64,000 bases of DNA, taken from Pristiophorus japonicus. Its lineage: Eukaryota. A model generated the notes under the pieces. That model did not search any database. It worked only from the letters and a program-made list of their open reading frames with translations, and was not told the DNA's origin. The number at the start of each line of letters is the position of its first letter. The stretch's first letter is position 1. Both the position numbers and the translations under genes were made by a program. Below, piece after piece: positions 1 to 13,131 of this stretch. The DNA is taken from contig NC_091982.1 in NCBI RefSeq assembly GCF_044704955.1, positions 6,634,001 through 6,698,000 of the forward strand, written 5' to 3'.

Positions 1-1790
1 AGAATCAGGGGAAGTCATAACTGGGAACAAAGAAATGGCAGACCAATTGAACAAGTACTTTGGTTCGGTATTCACTAAGGAGGACACAAACAACCTTCCG
101 GATATAAAAGGGGTCAGAGGGTGTAGTAAGAAGGAGGAACTGAGGGAAATCCTTATTAGTCGGGAAATTGTGTTGGGGAAATTGATGGGATTGAAGGCCG
201 ATAAATCCCCAGGGCCTGATGGACTGCATCCCAGAGTACTTAAGGAGGTGGCCTTGGAAATAGTGGATGCAAACACAGTCATTTTCCAACATTCCATTGA
301 CTCTGGATCAGTTCCTATGGAGTGGAGGGTAGCCAATGTAACCCCACTTTTTAAAAAAGGAGGGAGAGATAACAGGGAATTATAGACCGGTCACCCTGAC
401 ATCGGTAGTGGGTAAAATGATGGAATCAATTATTAAGGATGTCATAGCAGTGCATTTGGAAAGAGGTGACATGATAGGTCCAAGTCAGCATGGATTTGTG
501 AAAGGGAAATCATGCTTGACAAATCTTCTGGAATTTTTTGAGGATGTTTCCAGTAGAGTGGGACAAGGGAGAACCAGTTGATGTGGTATATTTGGACTTT
601 CAGAAGGCTTTCGACAAGGTCCCATACAAGAGATTAATGTGCAAAGTTAAAGCACATGGGATTGGGGGAAGTGTGCTGACATGGATTGAGAACTGATTGT
701 CAGACAGGAAGCAAAGAGTAGGAGTAAATGGGGACTTTTCAGAATGGCAGGCAGTGACTAGTGGGGTACCGCAAGGTTCTGTGCTGGGGCCCCAGCTGTT
801 TACACTGTACATTAATGATTTAGACGAGGGGATTAAATGTAGTATCTCCAAATTTGCGGATGACACTAAGTTGGGTGGCAGTGAGAGCTGCGAGGAGGAT
901 GCTATGAGACTGCAGAGCGACTTGGATAGGTTAGGTGAGTGGGCAAATGCATGGCAGATGAAGTATAATGTGGATAAATGTGAGGTTATCCACTTTGGTG
1001 GTAAAAACAGAGAGACAGACTATTATCTGAATGGTGACAGATTAGGAAAAGGGGAGGTGCAAAGAGACCTGGGTGTCATGGTACATCAGTCATTGAAGGT
1101 TGGCATGCAGGTACAGCAGGCAGTTAAGAAAGCAAATGGCATGTTGGCCTTCATAGCGAGGGGATTTGAGTACAGGGGCAGGGAGGTGTTGCTACAGTTG
1201 TACAGGGCATTGGTGAGGCCACACCTGGAGTATTGTGTACAGTTTTGGTCTCCTAACCTGAGGAAGGACATTCTTGCTATTGGGGGAGTGCAGCGAAGGT
1301 TCACCAGACTGATTCCCGGGATGGCGGGACTGACCTATCAAGAAAGACTGGATCAACTGGGCTTGTATTCACTGGAGTTCAGAAGAATGAGAGGGGACCT
1401 CATAGAGACGTTTAAAATTCTGACGGGGTTAGATAGGTTAGATACAGGAAGAATGTTCCCAATGTTGGGGAAGTCCAGAACCAGGGGTCACAGTCTAAGG
1501 ATAAGGGGTAAGCCATTTAGGATTGAGATGAGGAGAAACTTCTTCACCCAGAGACTGGTGAACCTGTGGAATTCTCTACCACTGAAAGTTGTTGAGGCCA
1601 ATTCACTAAATATATTCAAAAAGGAGTTAGATGAAGTCCTTACTACTAGGGGGATCAAGGGGTATGGCGAGAAAGCAGGAATGGGGTACTGAAGTTGCAT
1701 GTTCAGCCATGAACTCATTGAATGGCAGTGCAGGCTAGAAGGGCCGAATGGCCTACTCCTGCACCTATTTTCTATGTTTCTATGTTTCTA
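1..1790 (+). mobile_element. CR1-clade LINE, 3' part of ORF2 (RT) with frameshift/stops and microsatellite tail; inserted in ERV pol
   Basis: ORFs 35..385 and 697..1692 carry CR1 motifs ([47 protein letters not shown]); ends in TTTCTATG repeats at ~1768-1790; ERV pol sequence follows immediately. Confidence 0.95.
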
Positions 1791-1943
1791 ACTGCAGACT
1801 CAACACCTTACCATGGCCAGGCAGAGTAGATATGAGATCTACCTACTAAATAATCCTAAACTGACCTTTCGGCACTGTACTGCAATTAATCCGGCCTGTT
1901 TTCTTACTGAGCCGCCCCAAGCTGAGGAAGAACCCAGTCATGA

Positions 1944-3283
1944 TTGTTTATCTTTAATTCAAAGGCCACATCAGTCAGGGAAGATTTAGTTGATGTACCA
2001 ATGGAAGATCCAGACTGTATTATGTATGTTGACGGAAGTTCTTCTATTAATCCAGAAGGTACACGAATCTCAGGATACGCCATAGTAAACCAGAAGAATC
2101 AGCTCTTGGAATCTGCCGCCTTTGAAACCGCCTATTCTGCCCAACAAGCTGAACTATTCGCCCTCACCCGAGCCTGTATCTTGGCCAAAGACCTCAAAGT
2201 CAATATCTATACCGACTCTAGGTATGCCTTTGGGGTGGCCCATGATTTCGGACAATTATGGAAAAATAGGGGATTCCTAACCTCACAGGGGAATGAGATA
2301 TCCCATAAGCAACTAGTATCTGATTTGTTGCAAGCCCTCATGCTCCCCAAGCACATTGCCATTGTTAAATGTACTGCCCACACCACCGGAAAATCCACGG
2401 TTGATATAGGGAACCACCGTGCTGACAAAGAGGCTAAACAGGTCTCTCGTGACCAACAGATGGTAGTGCCCAAAATGATGAGTCAGACTAAAAATCCTGC
2501 GAAGGATAAGTTAGCCTCGGAAAAACCAATGCCAACCATCCAAGATGTTATTAAAGCACAGGAGGATGCTCCTGAAAAAGAAAAACTATTGTGGAAAAAT
2601 TATGGATGTACTTATGACAGTGTTTCTAAACTCTGGACCACTCCCGCGGAACAGACTTGCATGTCTGACGAGTTGGCTCTATGGGTTATTGAATGTATGC
2701 ATTTTGCTACTCATTGTGGAGCAAGGACCACGAGTGACACACTTTTGGCTACTTGGTGGCACCCTAGACTCCAGGCGCTCGCCCAGAACATCAGTCGTCG
2801 TTGCCTGGTTTGCCAGCAACATAATCCAGGGAAGGGAGTCCCCTGTGATTGGGGTAAAAGGCCTCTACCCGAAGGTCCCTTTGAGACATTTCAGTTGGAC
2901 TACATTGAGTTGCAAAAAGTTCAGTGTTACAAATATGTGTTAGTAATAGTAGATGTGTTTAGCAGATGGATTGAAGCCTACCCTACCCTGGACAATAAGG
3001 CTCAAACTGTTGTTAAGGTGTTAATGAGGGAAATTGTTCCTAGATATGGTATCTCAGCTCGACTGATGACCACCTATGTTCTTTCTCTGATTCAGGCTCT
3101 GCAACTCGCTCACAACTAGGTTCGAGAGGCTCACCTCGACCTCCCAGTTTTACCCGAATTGTCCCTCGTGGCACCAGGGAAGTATGGATTCGGAAGGGAT
3201 TAGAGCCACGATGGGAGGGGCCCAAGGTTGAGGGGAAAAGTGCCTGGGTTCACCTGCACCACTGCAAGCTCACCACCCTCTAA
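1944..3283 (+). pseudogene. ERV pol remnant: RNase H plus integrase with internal deletion of the catalytic core
   Basis: ORF 1944..3119; after PRYGISARL the expected SDNG/second D and E of the DDE triad are absent; L.PRWEGP and WVHLHHCK C-terminal motifs follow out of frame. Confidence 0.85.
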
Positions 3284-3514
3284 CGAACCTATTTTACTGG
3301 TTATTCTAATTCCTGCTTCTGTTTCAGATTTCCTCTTCTCCATAGCTGAACAAGGCCGTTGACATCCTAATTGTAACATGGACCAGTTTGAACTTTTACC
3401 CGTAGTGATAGACAGCCAGCTACACCGACGGTGACCTGAGAAGAGAGACGGGAGAACCGAACTCTTTTAATCAGCAAAATAATTGGACTATGTATCTAAA
3501 TCCTGAGCCATAAG

Positions 3515-4828
3515 ATGAAACTGTGTCTGTATGCCACAGTCTATATAATATGACAGTTTCGGCGCATGGGAGGGGAGACAGAGACGAGAGCTCCATGTAA
3601 ACACCTTTTTGTACATGTCTTATGTTTATGTGCAAAATGGGAACTTTTCTAGGTGTTGGGTGTGTTCACATTCCCTATACATTTCCCTATACATATCCCT
3701 ATATATTTCCCTGTACATTCCAAAGGGGGAATTCCTTTGCGCACCGTTCCACTAACCCTAACTGAGACTGTCAGATGGATTCAGAGCCAGACTTTCACGA
3801 GAGGGGGCCAATACAAATACGAGAGGAAAGGCGGGTCAAAAGAGGGATCACGGAGATCAGGAGGAGTATCATACCGTTACCACATGAATGACCACGGGGA
3901 GGTCACCAAGTGGGAGAGTGCTGGAGACCCCATTAGTCAGACGTCCCAGGGATGGTACCAACCAACCTACGACCTTGGAAAGGAACCCCCATTCTTAGCT
4001 CTGACCAATACCTCGGGGATTGGGAGGCCAACCGGGGACATATGTCTAACCCGAAATGACACCAGTAACAAGGGACATATCATAGGGTACAGCAAATGCC
4101 CAAACAGTCTCAACAGCACCACAGGTGCACGAGTCACCATCCTCTCTCACCTTCCGAATAAAACAGGTGGAGGTTTGTGGGCCCAGTCCTGGGACCCGGA
4201 AGATGGACAGGGTTCTGTTATCTGGGATATGTGGTGCCATTTGTGCAGCAAGTACGTACCCTGGCGGAAGCACATGCCTCCAGCCGATACAAGCAAGCCA
4301 TCACCCCCGCCGACAAGTTCTTTGGGGTCATGATGTTCCCAATCAGGATAGGACGTCTCATGGATGAAGTACAGAACCTAGAGATGATATTGGAACAGAT
4401 AGCTAACTATACTGCTGAAGCTCTGGAGGGCATCACAGCTGAAATGGTAGCAATAAGGACCGTAGCATTACAAAAGCGAATGGCCCTCGATTACCTGTTA
4501 GCTGAGAAAGGGGGAACGTGTGCCCTGATAGGATCTGAATGTTGCACTTACATCCCCGATAATTCAGAAAACATAACCAATCTCGTTGATCACATAAGAA
4601 GGGAGGTAAAGAAGTTATCCACCCCTGCAGGAGGAGTAGGCTGGTTTGATTGGCTGTTAGGTGGATCTTGGGGATCGTATCTAATGCATGGAGCAATTAT
4701 TCTCATCGTAATAATAATTACCTGTTGCTTGATTATTGGTTGCTTTAACCTATGTGGTAAAGTCATGATGGCAAGATTAGCAAACCCTCTTGTGGTCAAG
4801 GGCTCCCGGGTTATGATCCAACGATCTA
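3515..4828 (+). pseudogene. ERV env pseudogene (gamma-type SU/TM), frameshifted
   Basis: ATG 3515 signal-like start; RCWVCS (CXXC) at ~3651-3668; ORF 4177..5130 contains LQKRMALDYLLAEKGGTCALIGSECC and a hydrophobic TM segment (GAIILIVIIITCCLII); candidate splice acceptor TTCTAAT...TTCTGTTTCAG ending 3328. Confidence 0.88.
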
Positions 4829-5170
4829 AAGAACATAGAAACATAGAAAATAGATGCAGGAGTAGGCCATTCGGCCCTTCTAGCCTGCACCGCCATTCAA
4901 TGAGTTCATGGCTGAACATTCAACTTCAGTACCCCATTCCTGCTTTCTCGCCATACCCCTTGATCCCCCTAGTAGTAAGGACCTCATCTAACTCCTTTTT
5001 GAATATATTTAGTGAATTGGCCTCAACAACTTTCTGTGGTAGAGAATTCCACAGGTTCACCACTCTCTGGGTGAAGAAGTTCCTCCGCATCTCGGTCCTA
5101 AATGGCTTACCCCTTATCCTTAGACTGTGACCTCTGGTTCTGGACTTCCCCAACATTGGGAACATTCTTC
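4829..5170 (-). mobile_element. 5'-truncated CR1 3' fragment inserted in the env cytoplasmic tail
   Basis: ORF 4926..5165 (-) MFPMLGKSRTRGHSLRIRGKPF..., nearly identical to the CR1 at 1-1790; CATAGAAA tail at left end. Confidence 0.93.
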
Positions 5171-5283
5171 AATAACCATTCGACAATAACAACAATATGA
5201 TTCAGGAAATAGAGTGTGAATGGATGAATGCGATACTCCGAGAATGATCCTAAGTGTTATCATGGAATGATAAAAGGGGGGAA

Positions 5284-5882
5284 TGTGGATATGTGAAAAT
5301 GTATAAGCAATAAAGACAGTGAAGTGAACTGGATATTAAATGTATACAGACATTAAAGTCGAGAAGTTGAGAACGTGGGAATTATATATGGACAGTATAA
5401 GCGAACAAAGAATTCATGGAGGAATAGCCATGGAAATCTCAGACTCGAGACTGCAAAATGTTACAATACTAACACAGCTTGAAAAAAAAACCCACAGCTT
5501 GCAAAAAACCTCAAGGTCTTATTAGATCATGTTATTAACCTGAAACATTAACAGAAGGTCTTTGTTTAAAATCAGACCACACTTAGGTCGGCTTATGAGT
5601 GGACAAAGGGAAAGAGGGATCAAAGAGGATAGGCTGAACTAGGATGTCACTCTAATTGTATCTTGTTATCTTTTACCGAAAATGTATAACCATCGTCCCT
5701 TTACAATGTAACGTCATTTTGTCCGTAGGAAGTGAGTACGATCTATCAGAGTTGCATTCCTTCTGTCTGATAAGGTCCCCGATCGGGATTTGCTTTTTAA
5801 ATAAAAGCTTGCTCTGTTTAAAGCACAATTGGTATTCGACTCAGTGATTTCATTGAACCAGATTGAGGGAAAAGAATCCACA
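5284..5882 (+). repeat. ERV 3' LTR (599 bp)
   Basis: Starts TGTGGAT right after the PPT and ends ATCCACA (7-bp terminal inverted repeat); AATAAA at 5800-5805. Confidence 0.85.
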
Positions 5883-6210
5883 TTTACATTTGCGCTGTCA
5901 AAGGCATCGACAGCCGTGACCATCTCAGTGCTTTGCTCCGCTGCCCCCTCAGTGGTGGCCAGTGGAAGCCTGCTGAGCACGTCAACGCAATTTTCAGTGC
6001 CCGGCCGGTGCCGGATGGAGTAGTCATACGCAGCGAGCGTGAGAGCCCATCGCTGTATGCGAGCTGACGCATTGGCATTGACAGCCTTGCTGTCTGACAG
6101 CAGTGATGTTAACGGCTTGTGGTCTGTTTCTAATTCGAACCTCCGACCAAAAAGGTACTGGTGCATCTTTTTCACCCAATAGACACATGCGAGTGCTTCC
6201 TTCTCAACCA
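5883..6210 (-). mobile_element. Gypsy/Ty3 pol fragment (RNase H region), apparently interrupted by the ERV
   Basis: ORF 5714..6283 (-): EKEALACVYWVKKMHQYLFGRRFELETDHKPL...ARIQRWALTLAAYDYSIRHRPG...DVLSRLP. Confidence 0.85.
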
Positions 6211-6497
6211 TCCCATCCTTGTCGCCAATGTAAAGTCTTACAATGTAAAGTGTTACACAATACCACAAATCCACACAAGGCACATTCTATGGACAAGGTC
6301 ACTCCATGACCTGAACCTTTATTCACAGGACCAAGAAATGCTGGCCCTGCGTGGAACCTCCCTTTATATACCTGGATGGCCAGGTGAGGAGTGTCTCCCA
6401 CAAGTTCACCCCGTGTTCAAGGTGTGCATTTCTTACTTATATACAGTATTGCAATGTTGTTACATACATGACACTGGGAGTTATAAATCGAAACATC

Positions 6498-7152
6498 GGG
6501 GCCAAAATTGCCCCTTTTTTTGCACCCAGTTAATGCCGCCGGTAAGCGCTAACCGGGCGCAATTGCCTTTTCGCCCAGGGGCGGGCGGTGGTGGCACCCG
6601 AGGCAAAATTGCCCTCGGGATTTTGTGCGTGGTTTGGAGTTTGCGCTGTGCCCCACGATTTGCGCCCCGGGCAGGCGGAAACCCGGTGATAACGTCATCG
6701 CCGCGCGCGCTGACCCCTTTGCACCCCTTGGCATGCGAGGCGAGCGCGGACATCCGTCCAGGGTGCCCCTTAAAGGAGGTCGTGCGCGCCCCGTGTCGCC
6801 TTTTTTTTTGTCAGCCGACTTTTCCATCAGCCCAACGATGGCGGCTCACATCTTGACTGGGCCGCCAGCATACAGCCCGGCACTTCTCTTTACGACCGGG
6901 CTACCAGTCAAGATTGTCCCTGGTGGCCCCCAAAGGGCCATGCCAAGTCCGCAGCAGCCCTCCCCTTTAAATGAAGGGGAGGGGCATTGTGGCACATCAG
7001 CGCAGTGCTGATGCCTCGCTAGCACCCCGAAGTGGAGAGCCTGGGGCAGCGCTCCGCCATGATTGACGGGCGGGTCTTCCACCCCGGGCGTTAACTGACC
7101 CGGGTCGGGAAGGTTACCATCCCCAGATGGGCCACGGGGCAATTTCGGCCCC
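6498..7152. mobile_element. GC-rich non-autonomous DNA transposon (PIF/Harbinger-like MITE)
   Basis: TIRs GGGGCCAAAATTGCCCC (6498-6514) / GGGGCAATTTCGGCCCC (7136-7152); flanks ATC/ATA resemble an imperfect 3-bp TSD. Confidence 0.7.
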
Positions 7153-7248
7153 ATAGAGTACAAATGCAAAGAGGTTATCCTAAACCTTTATAAATCAGTG
7201 GTTCGGCCTCAGCTGGAATATCATATCCAATTCTGGGCACCACACTAT

Positions 7249-8241
7249 GGGCCCAAGTTACCACACGATAAAAAACGGGCACCCCTCCGAGCTGGGCGCC
7301 CGTTTTTCGCGCCGAAAACGGCGCCGGAAAAAAAACTCGCGATTCTGGAACGCCCTGCAGCTCCATGTCTGCCTGGCGCAGCGCCCAGGGGGGCGGGGCC
7401 TACCACTCGCGGCGATTTTGTAAGTGGGAGGGGGGCGGGCACCATTTAAATTAGTTTTTTTCCTGCCGGCAACCCTGCGCGTGCGCGTTGGAGCGTTCGC
7501 GCACGCGCAGTGTGAAGGAAACATTGGCACTCAGCCATTTTTGTAGTTCTTTGTAACTGTTTAATTTTTGAACATTTTTTACTAAAAGCACATTGCCATC
7601 AGCACTGAGGCTTCTTGCAGCAGTGAGAAGGCTGCAGGAAGCCTCAGAAAGTTGAGGCAGCCGTTTCTCTCCCTCCCCCCCCAGCCCGCCGTCGGGAAAT
7701 GGCTTCCTCCTCCCCTCCGCGGGAACGAGCGGCTGCCTCAACTTGTGAGGCTTCCTGCAGCATTCTCCCTGGCTAAAGCACTTTCACGCAGGTAGGAAGA
7801 TGGTTTATTTAATCTTTTCTTTGCTTATAAATTTTTATTCAGGTTGGATTTATTTGTATAATATTTGTAGAAGTATAAATAAGGATTTATTGTAGAATTT
7901 AATGACTTCCCTTCCCCCCCCCACCTCGTTCTGGACGTCTAATTTGTAACCTGCGCCTGATTTTTTAATGTGTAGAACAGGTTTTTTCAGTTCTACAAAA
8001 ATCTTCACTTGCTCCATTCTAAGTTAGTTTGGAGTACGTTTTCACTGTGGAAACTTTGAAATCAGGCGTCAGTGGCCGGACACGCCCCCTTTTGAAGAAA
8101 AAATTCTGTTCCAAAGTGAAACTGGTCTAACTGACTAGAACTGCAGAAAAAAAAATGTGGAGAATTGCGATTTCTAAGATAGTTCATTCTCCACCAGTTG
8201 CTCCTAAAAATCAGGCGCAAATCATGTGGAAACTTGGGCCC
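7249..8241 (+). mobile_element. Harbinger-like MITE (~1 kb), copy 1, inserted in an old CR1 fragment
   Basis: TIR GGGCCCAAGTTACCACACGAT / ATCATGTGGAAACTTGGGCCC; perfect 3-bp TSD TAT; CR1 text (QFWAPHY|R..IKALERTQRRF) resumes across it; second copy at 49547-50826. Confidence 0.85.
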
Positions 8242-8539
8242 TATAGGTGGAATATCAAGGCTTTGGAGAGGACGCAGAGGAGATTTATTAGAATGGTACC
8301 AGGGATGAGGAATTCTACCTCTCTTTCCTTCTTTAAGACACTGCTTAAAACTTACCTCCTTAACTAAGCTTCTGCCCTAATATGGCCTTATGTGGTTTGG
8401 TGTCAAATGTTGTTTGAAAATGCTCCTATGAAGTGCCTCGGGACATTTTACTGTGTTAAAGGTGCTATATGAATACAAGTTGCTGTTGTATGTAGAGACA
8501 AGAGAAGCTGGGATGGTTCTTCTCACAGCAGAAATGGTT

Positions 8540-10766
8540 ATAGAAACATAGAAACATAGAAAATAGGTGCAGGAGTAGGTCATTCGGCCCTTCGAGCCTG
8601 CACCGCCATTCAATAAGATCATGGCTGATCATTCCTTCAGTACCCTTTGATCCCCTTAACCGTAAGGGCCATATCTAACTCCCTCTTGAATATATCCAAT
8701 GAACTGGCATCAACAATTCTCTGCGGCAGGGAATTCCACAGGTTAACAACTCTCTGAGTGAAGCCGTTTCTCCTCATCTCAGTCCTAAATGGCCTACCCC
8801 TTATCCTAAGACTATGTCCCCTGGTTCTGGACTTCCCCAACATCGAGAACATTCTTCCCGCATCTAACCTGTCCAGTCCCGTCAGAATCTTATATGTTTC
8901 TATGTGTTCCCCTCTTATCCTTCTAAACGCCAGTGAATAAAGGCCCAGTTGATCCAGTCTCTCCTCAGATGACAGCCCAGCCATCCCTGGAATCAGTCTG
9001 GTGAGCCTTCACTGCACTCCCTCTATAGCAACAACGTCCTTCCTCCGACTAGGAGACCAAAACTGAACATAATATTCCAGATGAGGCCTCACTAAGGCCC
9101 TGTACAACTGCAGTAAGACCTCCCTGCTTCTCTATTCAAATCCCCTAGCTATGAAGGCCAACATACCATTTGCTTTCTTTACCGCCTGCTGTACCTGCGT
9201 GCCCACTTTCAGTGACTGATGAACCATGACACCCAGGTCTCGTTGCACCTCCCCTTTTTCCAGTCTGCCGCCATTCAGATAATATTCTGCCTTCGTGTTT
9301 TTGCCCCCAAAATGGATAACCTCACATTTATCCACATTATACTGCATCTGCCATGCGTTTGCCCACTCACCTAACCTGTCCAAATCACCCTGCAGCCTCT
9401 TAGCTTCCTCCTCACAGCTCACACCGCCACCCAGTTTAGTGTCATCCGCAAACGTGGAGATGTTACACTCTGTTCTTTCATCCAAATCGTTAATGTATAT
9501 TGTAAAGAGCTGGGGTCCCGGCACTGAGCCCTGCGGCACTCCACTAGTCACTGCCTGCCATTCTGAAAAGGACCCGTTTATCCCGACTCTCTGCTTCCTG
9601 CCTGCCAACCAGTTCTCTATCCACGTCAGTACATTACGCCCAATACCATGTGCTTTGATCTTGCACACCAATCTCTTGCATGGGACCTTGTCAAAAGCCT
9701 TTGGAAAGTCCAAATACACCACATTCACTGGTTCTCCCTTGTCCACTCTGCTAGTTACATCCTCAAAAAATTCCAGAAGATTCGTCAAGCATGATTTCCC
9801 TTTCATAAATCCATGCTGACACTTCCGATCCTGTCACTGCTTTCCAAATGCGCTGCTATTTCATCCTTAATGATTGATTCCAACATTTTCCCCACGACCG
9901 ATGTCAGGCTAACCGGTCTATAATTACCCGCTTTCGCTCTCCCTCCTTTTTTGAAAAGCGGCGTCACATTAGCTACCCTCCAGTCCATAGGAACTGATCC
10001 AGAGTCGATAGATTGTTGGAAAATGATCACCAATGCATCCACTATTTCTAGGGCCGCTTTCTTAAGTATTCTGGGATGCAGACCATCAGGACCCGGGGAT
10101 TTATCGGCCTTTAATCCCATCAATTTCCCTAACACAATTTCCCGCCTAATAAGGATATCTTTCAGTTCCTCATTCTCACTGGACCCTCGGTCCCCTAGCA
10201 CATTCGGAAGGATATTTGTATCTTCCTTTTGTGAAGACTGAACCGAAGTATTGGTTCAATTGGTCTGCCATTTCTTTGCTCCCCATTATAAATTCACCTG
10301 AATCCGACTGCAAGGGACCCATGTTTATCTTTACTAATCTTTTTCTCTTCACGTATCTATAGAAGTTTTTGCAGTCAGTTTTTATGTTCCCTGCAAGCTT
10401 CCTCTCGTACTCTATTTTCTCCTTCTTAATTAAACACTTAGTCCTCATCTGTTGAATTCTAAATTTCTCCCAGTCCTCAGGTTTGTTGCTTTTTCTAGCT
10501 AATTTACATGCCTCTTCCTTGGTTTTAACACTATCCTTAACTTCCCTTGTTAGCCATGGTTGAGCCACCTTCCCAGTTTTATCTTTACTCCAGACAGGGA
10601 TGTATAATTGCTGAAGTTTATCCATGTGATCTTTAAATGTTTGCCATTGCTTATCCACCGTCAACCCTTTAAGTATCCTCTGCCAGTCTATTCTAGCCAA
10701 TTCACACCTCATACTGTCGAAGTTACCTTTCCTTACGTTCAGGACCCGAGTTTCCGAATGAACTGT
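8540..10766 (-). mobile_element. CR1-clade LINE, 5'-truncated, degenerate ORF2
   Basis: Minus ORFs 10176..10712, 9803..10201, 9132..9806, 8637..8984 with CR1 RT motifs; CATAGAAA tail at 8540-8565. Confidence 0.93.
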
Positions 10767-11019
10767 TATGGGGAAATTTAATAGAGGTGCTCATAATCAT
10801 GAGGTGTTGTGAGAAACTGTTCCACTGGCAGCAGAGTTGATAACCAGAGGTCACAGATTTAAGATCATTGGCAAAAGAACCAGGTTGGAGATGAGATGTT
10901 TTTTAAATCTCAAAAGCACTGTGTGAAAGGATGGTGGAAGCAGATTCAATAGTAACTTTCAAAACGGGAATTATATATACATTTGAAAAAGAAAAATTTG
11001 CATCGCTGTGGGGAAAGAG

Positions 11020-12975
11020 CAACAACAACTTGCAGTGAAGCATCTCAAGGCACCTCACAGGAGTATTATGAGCTAAAAGAAAATGACACCGAGCTGCGTA
11101 AGTAGAAATGAGCGCAGGTGACCAAAAGTTTGGTCAAAGAGGTATGTTTTAAGGAGTGTCTTGAAGGAGGAAAGGCAGGTAGAGAGACGGAGAGGTTTAG
11201 GCAGAGAGTTCCAAAGTTTTGGACCTGGGCAACAGAAGGCACGCCCACCCACCAATGGTTGAGCGATTATAATCAGGGATGCTCAGGAGGGCAGAATTAG
11301 AGGAGCGCTGACATCTGCGAGGGTTGTGGGGCTGGGCGAGATTACAGAGATAGGGAGGGGCGAGGCCATTGAGGGATTTGAAAATAAGGATGAGAATTCT
11401 GAAATCGAGGCGTTGCTTAACCGAATGTCAATGTAGGTCAGGGATGATGGGTGAGCAGGACTTGGTGCGAGTTAGCCGAGTTTTGGATCACCTCTAGTTT
11501 ACGTAGGGTAGAATGTGGCAGGAAAGCCAGGAGTGCATTGGAATAGTCAAGTCTAGAGGTAACAAAGGCATGGATGAGGGCTTCAGAATGGATGAGCTGA
11601 GGCAAGGGTGGAGACGGGCGATGTTAGAGGTGGAAATAGGCGGTCTTAGTTATGCTACGGATATGTGTTCGAAAACTCATTTCAGAGTCAAATATGACAC
11701 CAGGGTTGCGAACAGTCTGGTTCAGACAGAAGTTGGGGAGAGGGATGAAGTCAATGGCTAGGGAACGGAGTTTGTGGCGGGGACCAAGAACAATGGCTTC
11801 GGTCTTCCCAATATTCAATTGGAGAAAATTTCTGCTCATCCAGAACGGGATGTTGCCTAAGCCGTCTGACAATTTAGAGACCATGGAGGGGTCGAGAGAT
11901 GAGGTAGAACTGGGTGTCATCAGTATACATGTGGAAACTGATGCTGCGTTTTCGGATTATGTCGCCAAGGGGCAACATGTAGATGAGAAATAGGAGGGGG
12001 CCAAGGATAGATCCTTGGGGGACACCAGCGGTAACAATGTGGGGGCGGGAAGAGAAGCCGTTGCAGGTGATTCTCTGGTTACGATTAGATCGATAAGACT
12101 GGAACCAGGAACGTGCAGTCCCACCCAGCCGGACGACGGTGGCGAAACACTGGAGAAGGATAGAGTGGTCAACCGTGTCAAAGGCTGCAGGCAAGTCAAG
12201 TAGGATGAGAAGGAATGGTTTGCCTTTGTCACAGTGAAAGGATGTCATTTGTGACTTTAATGTTGCTCACCTCACTCAACATTGATTGCCCCTTGTGACA
12301 TTTCGGTACTGTGGCAGATGTAGGAACTGGATTGAAGGGATTCAAACATGGAATTGCGGGAAAGATGGGCACAGATTTGGGAGGCGACAACACGTTCAAG
12401 GATTTTGGAGAGGAAAAGGAGGTTGGAGATGGGGCGGTAGCTTGCAACGACGGAGGGGTCGAGGGTTGGTTATTTGAGGAGGGGGGTGATGACGGCAGAT
12501 TTGAGGGAGAGGGACACAGTACCTGAGGAGAACCGTCAACAATGTCAGCTAAAATGGGAGCCAGTAAAGGAAGTTGGGTGGTCAGCAGTTTGGTGGGAAT
12601 AGGGTCAAGGGAGCAGGAAGTGGGTCTCACGGACAGGATTAGCTCAGAAAGGTCATGAGGGGAGATCTGAGATCTGAGATAAACTGGAGAAAGATGTGAG
12701 GTCAGGGCTCGAGGAATGGGACTAATTTGGATAGCTCATTCGAAGAGCCGGCACAGACATGATAGGCTGAATGGCCTCCTTCTGCACTGTAAGATTCTAT
12801 TCTATATGTGGAGAGAGTTGATGACTGTTGCGCGACTTTCAGAGTCAAAAGAGGCAATGTTGAGTGAGGTGAGCAAGTCAAGAAAGAGGATGGTGAGGTT
12901 AGTGCCCAACAGGTATTGGGTGCGAAAGTTGGTGCGAAAGGAGAGTGGGAAATTGAGGTTGCTGCTTGTAGGGTG
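11020..12975 (-). mobile_element. L2-clade LINE remnant (RT and 3' end), split by the Gypsy insertion; probably continues 17664-~17960
   Basis: Minus ORFs with LLILLDLPAAFDTVDHSILL, GVPQGSILGPLLFLIYMLPLG, FHMYTDDTQFY, NFLQLNIGKTEAIV, GGRAFCCPGPKLWNSLP, SFKTLLKTYLF; GTT-type tail. Confidence 0.85.
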
Positions 12976-13131
12976 TGTAATGTTTGTAGCTCCACACTGT
13001 GGATGTGGACGTATTGTGTACTGCAACTACAGAGTTAATAATTAAACAAAACCAGGGAGTTCCGGAGACTTCCGAGAGCTGCCTGCCATGTTAGAAAGTT
13101 GTGTGTGCTTGTGCTCTGTGAATATATCACA
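12976..13131 (+). repeat. Gypsy 5' LTR
   Basis: TGTAATG...ATATCACA, repeated at 17508-17663 with 5 substitutions by eye. Confidence 0.95.

Larger units (their letters stand above)
1791..5882 (+). mobile_element. Decayed endogenous retrovirus (gamma/epsilon-like class I): 3' pol, env, PPT, 3' LTR
   Basis: RNase H (YVDGSS, SAQQAELFAL, NIYTDSRYAFG), integrase zinc finger (HFATH...CLVC) and QLDYI; env with CWVC and immunosuppressive domain/CX6CC; polypurine tract AAAAGGGGGGAA 5272-5283; LTR TGTGGAT...ATCCACA. Confidence 0.93.

Noticed and set aside
4177-5130. 317-aa env ORF as a domesticated syncytin-like gene
   Set aside because: SU is frameshifted, the furin site is altered and the C-terminus is read-through into an antisense CR1
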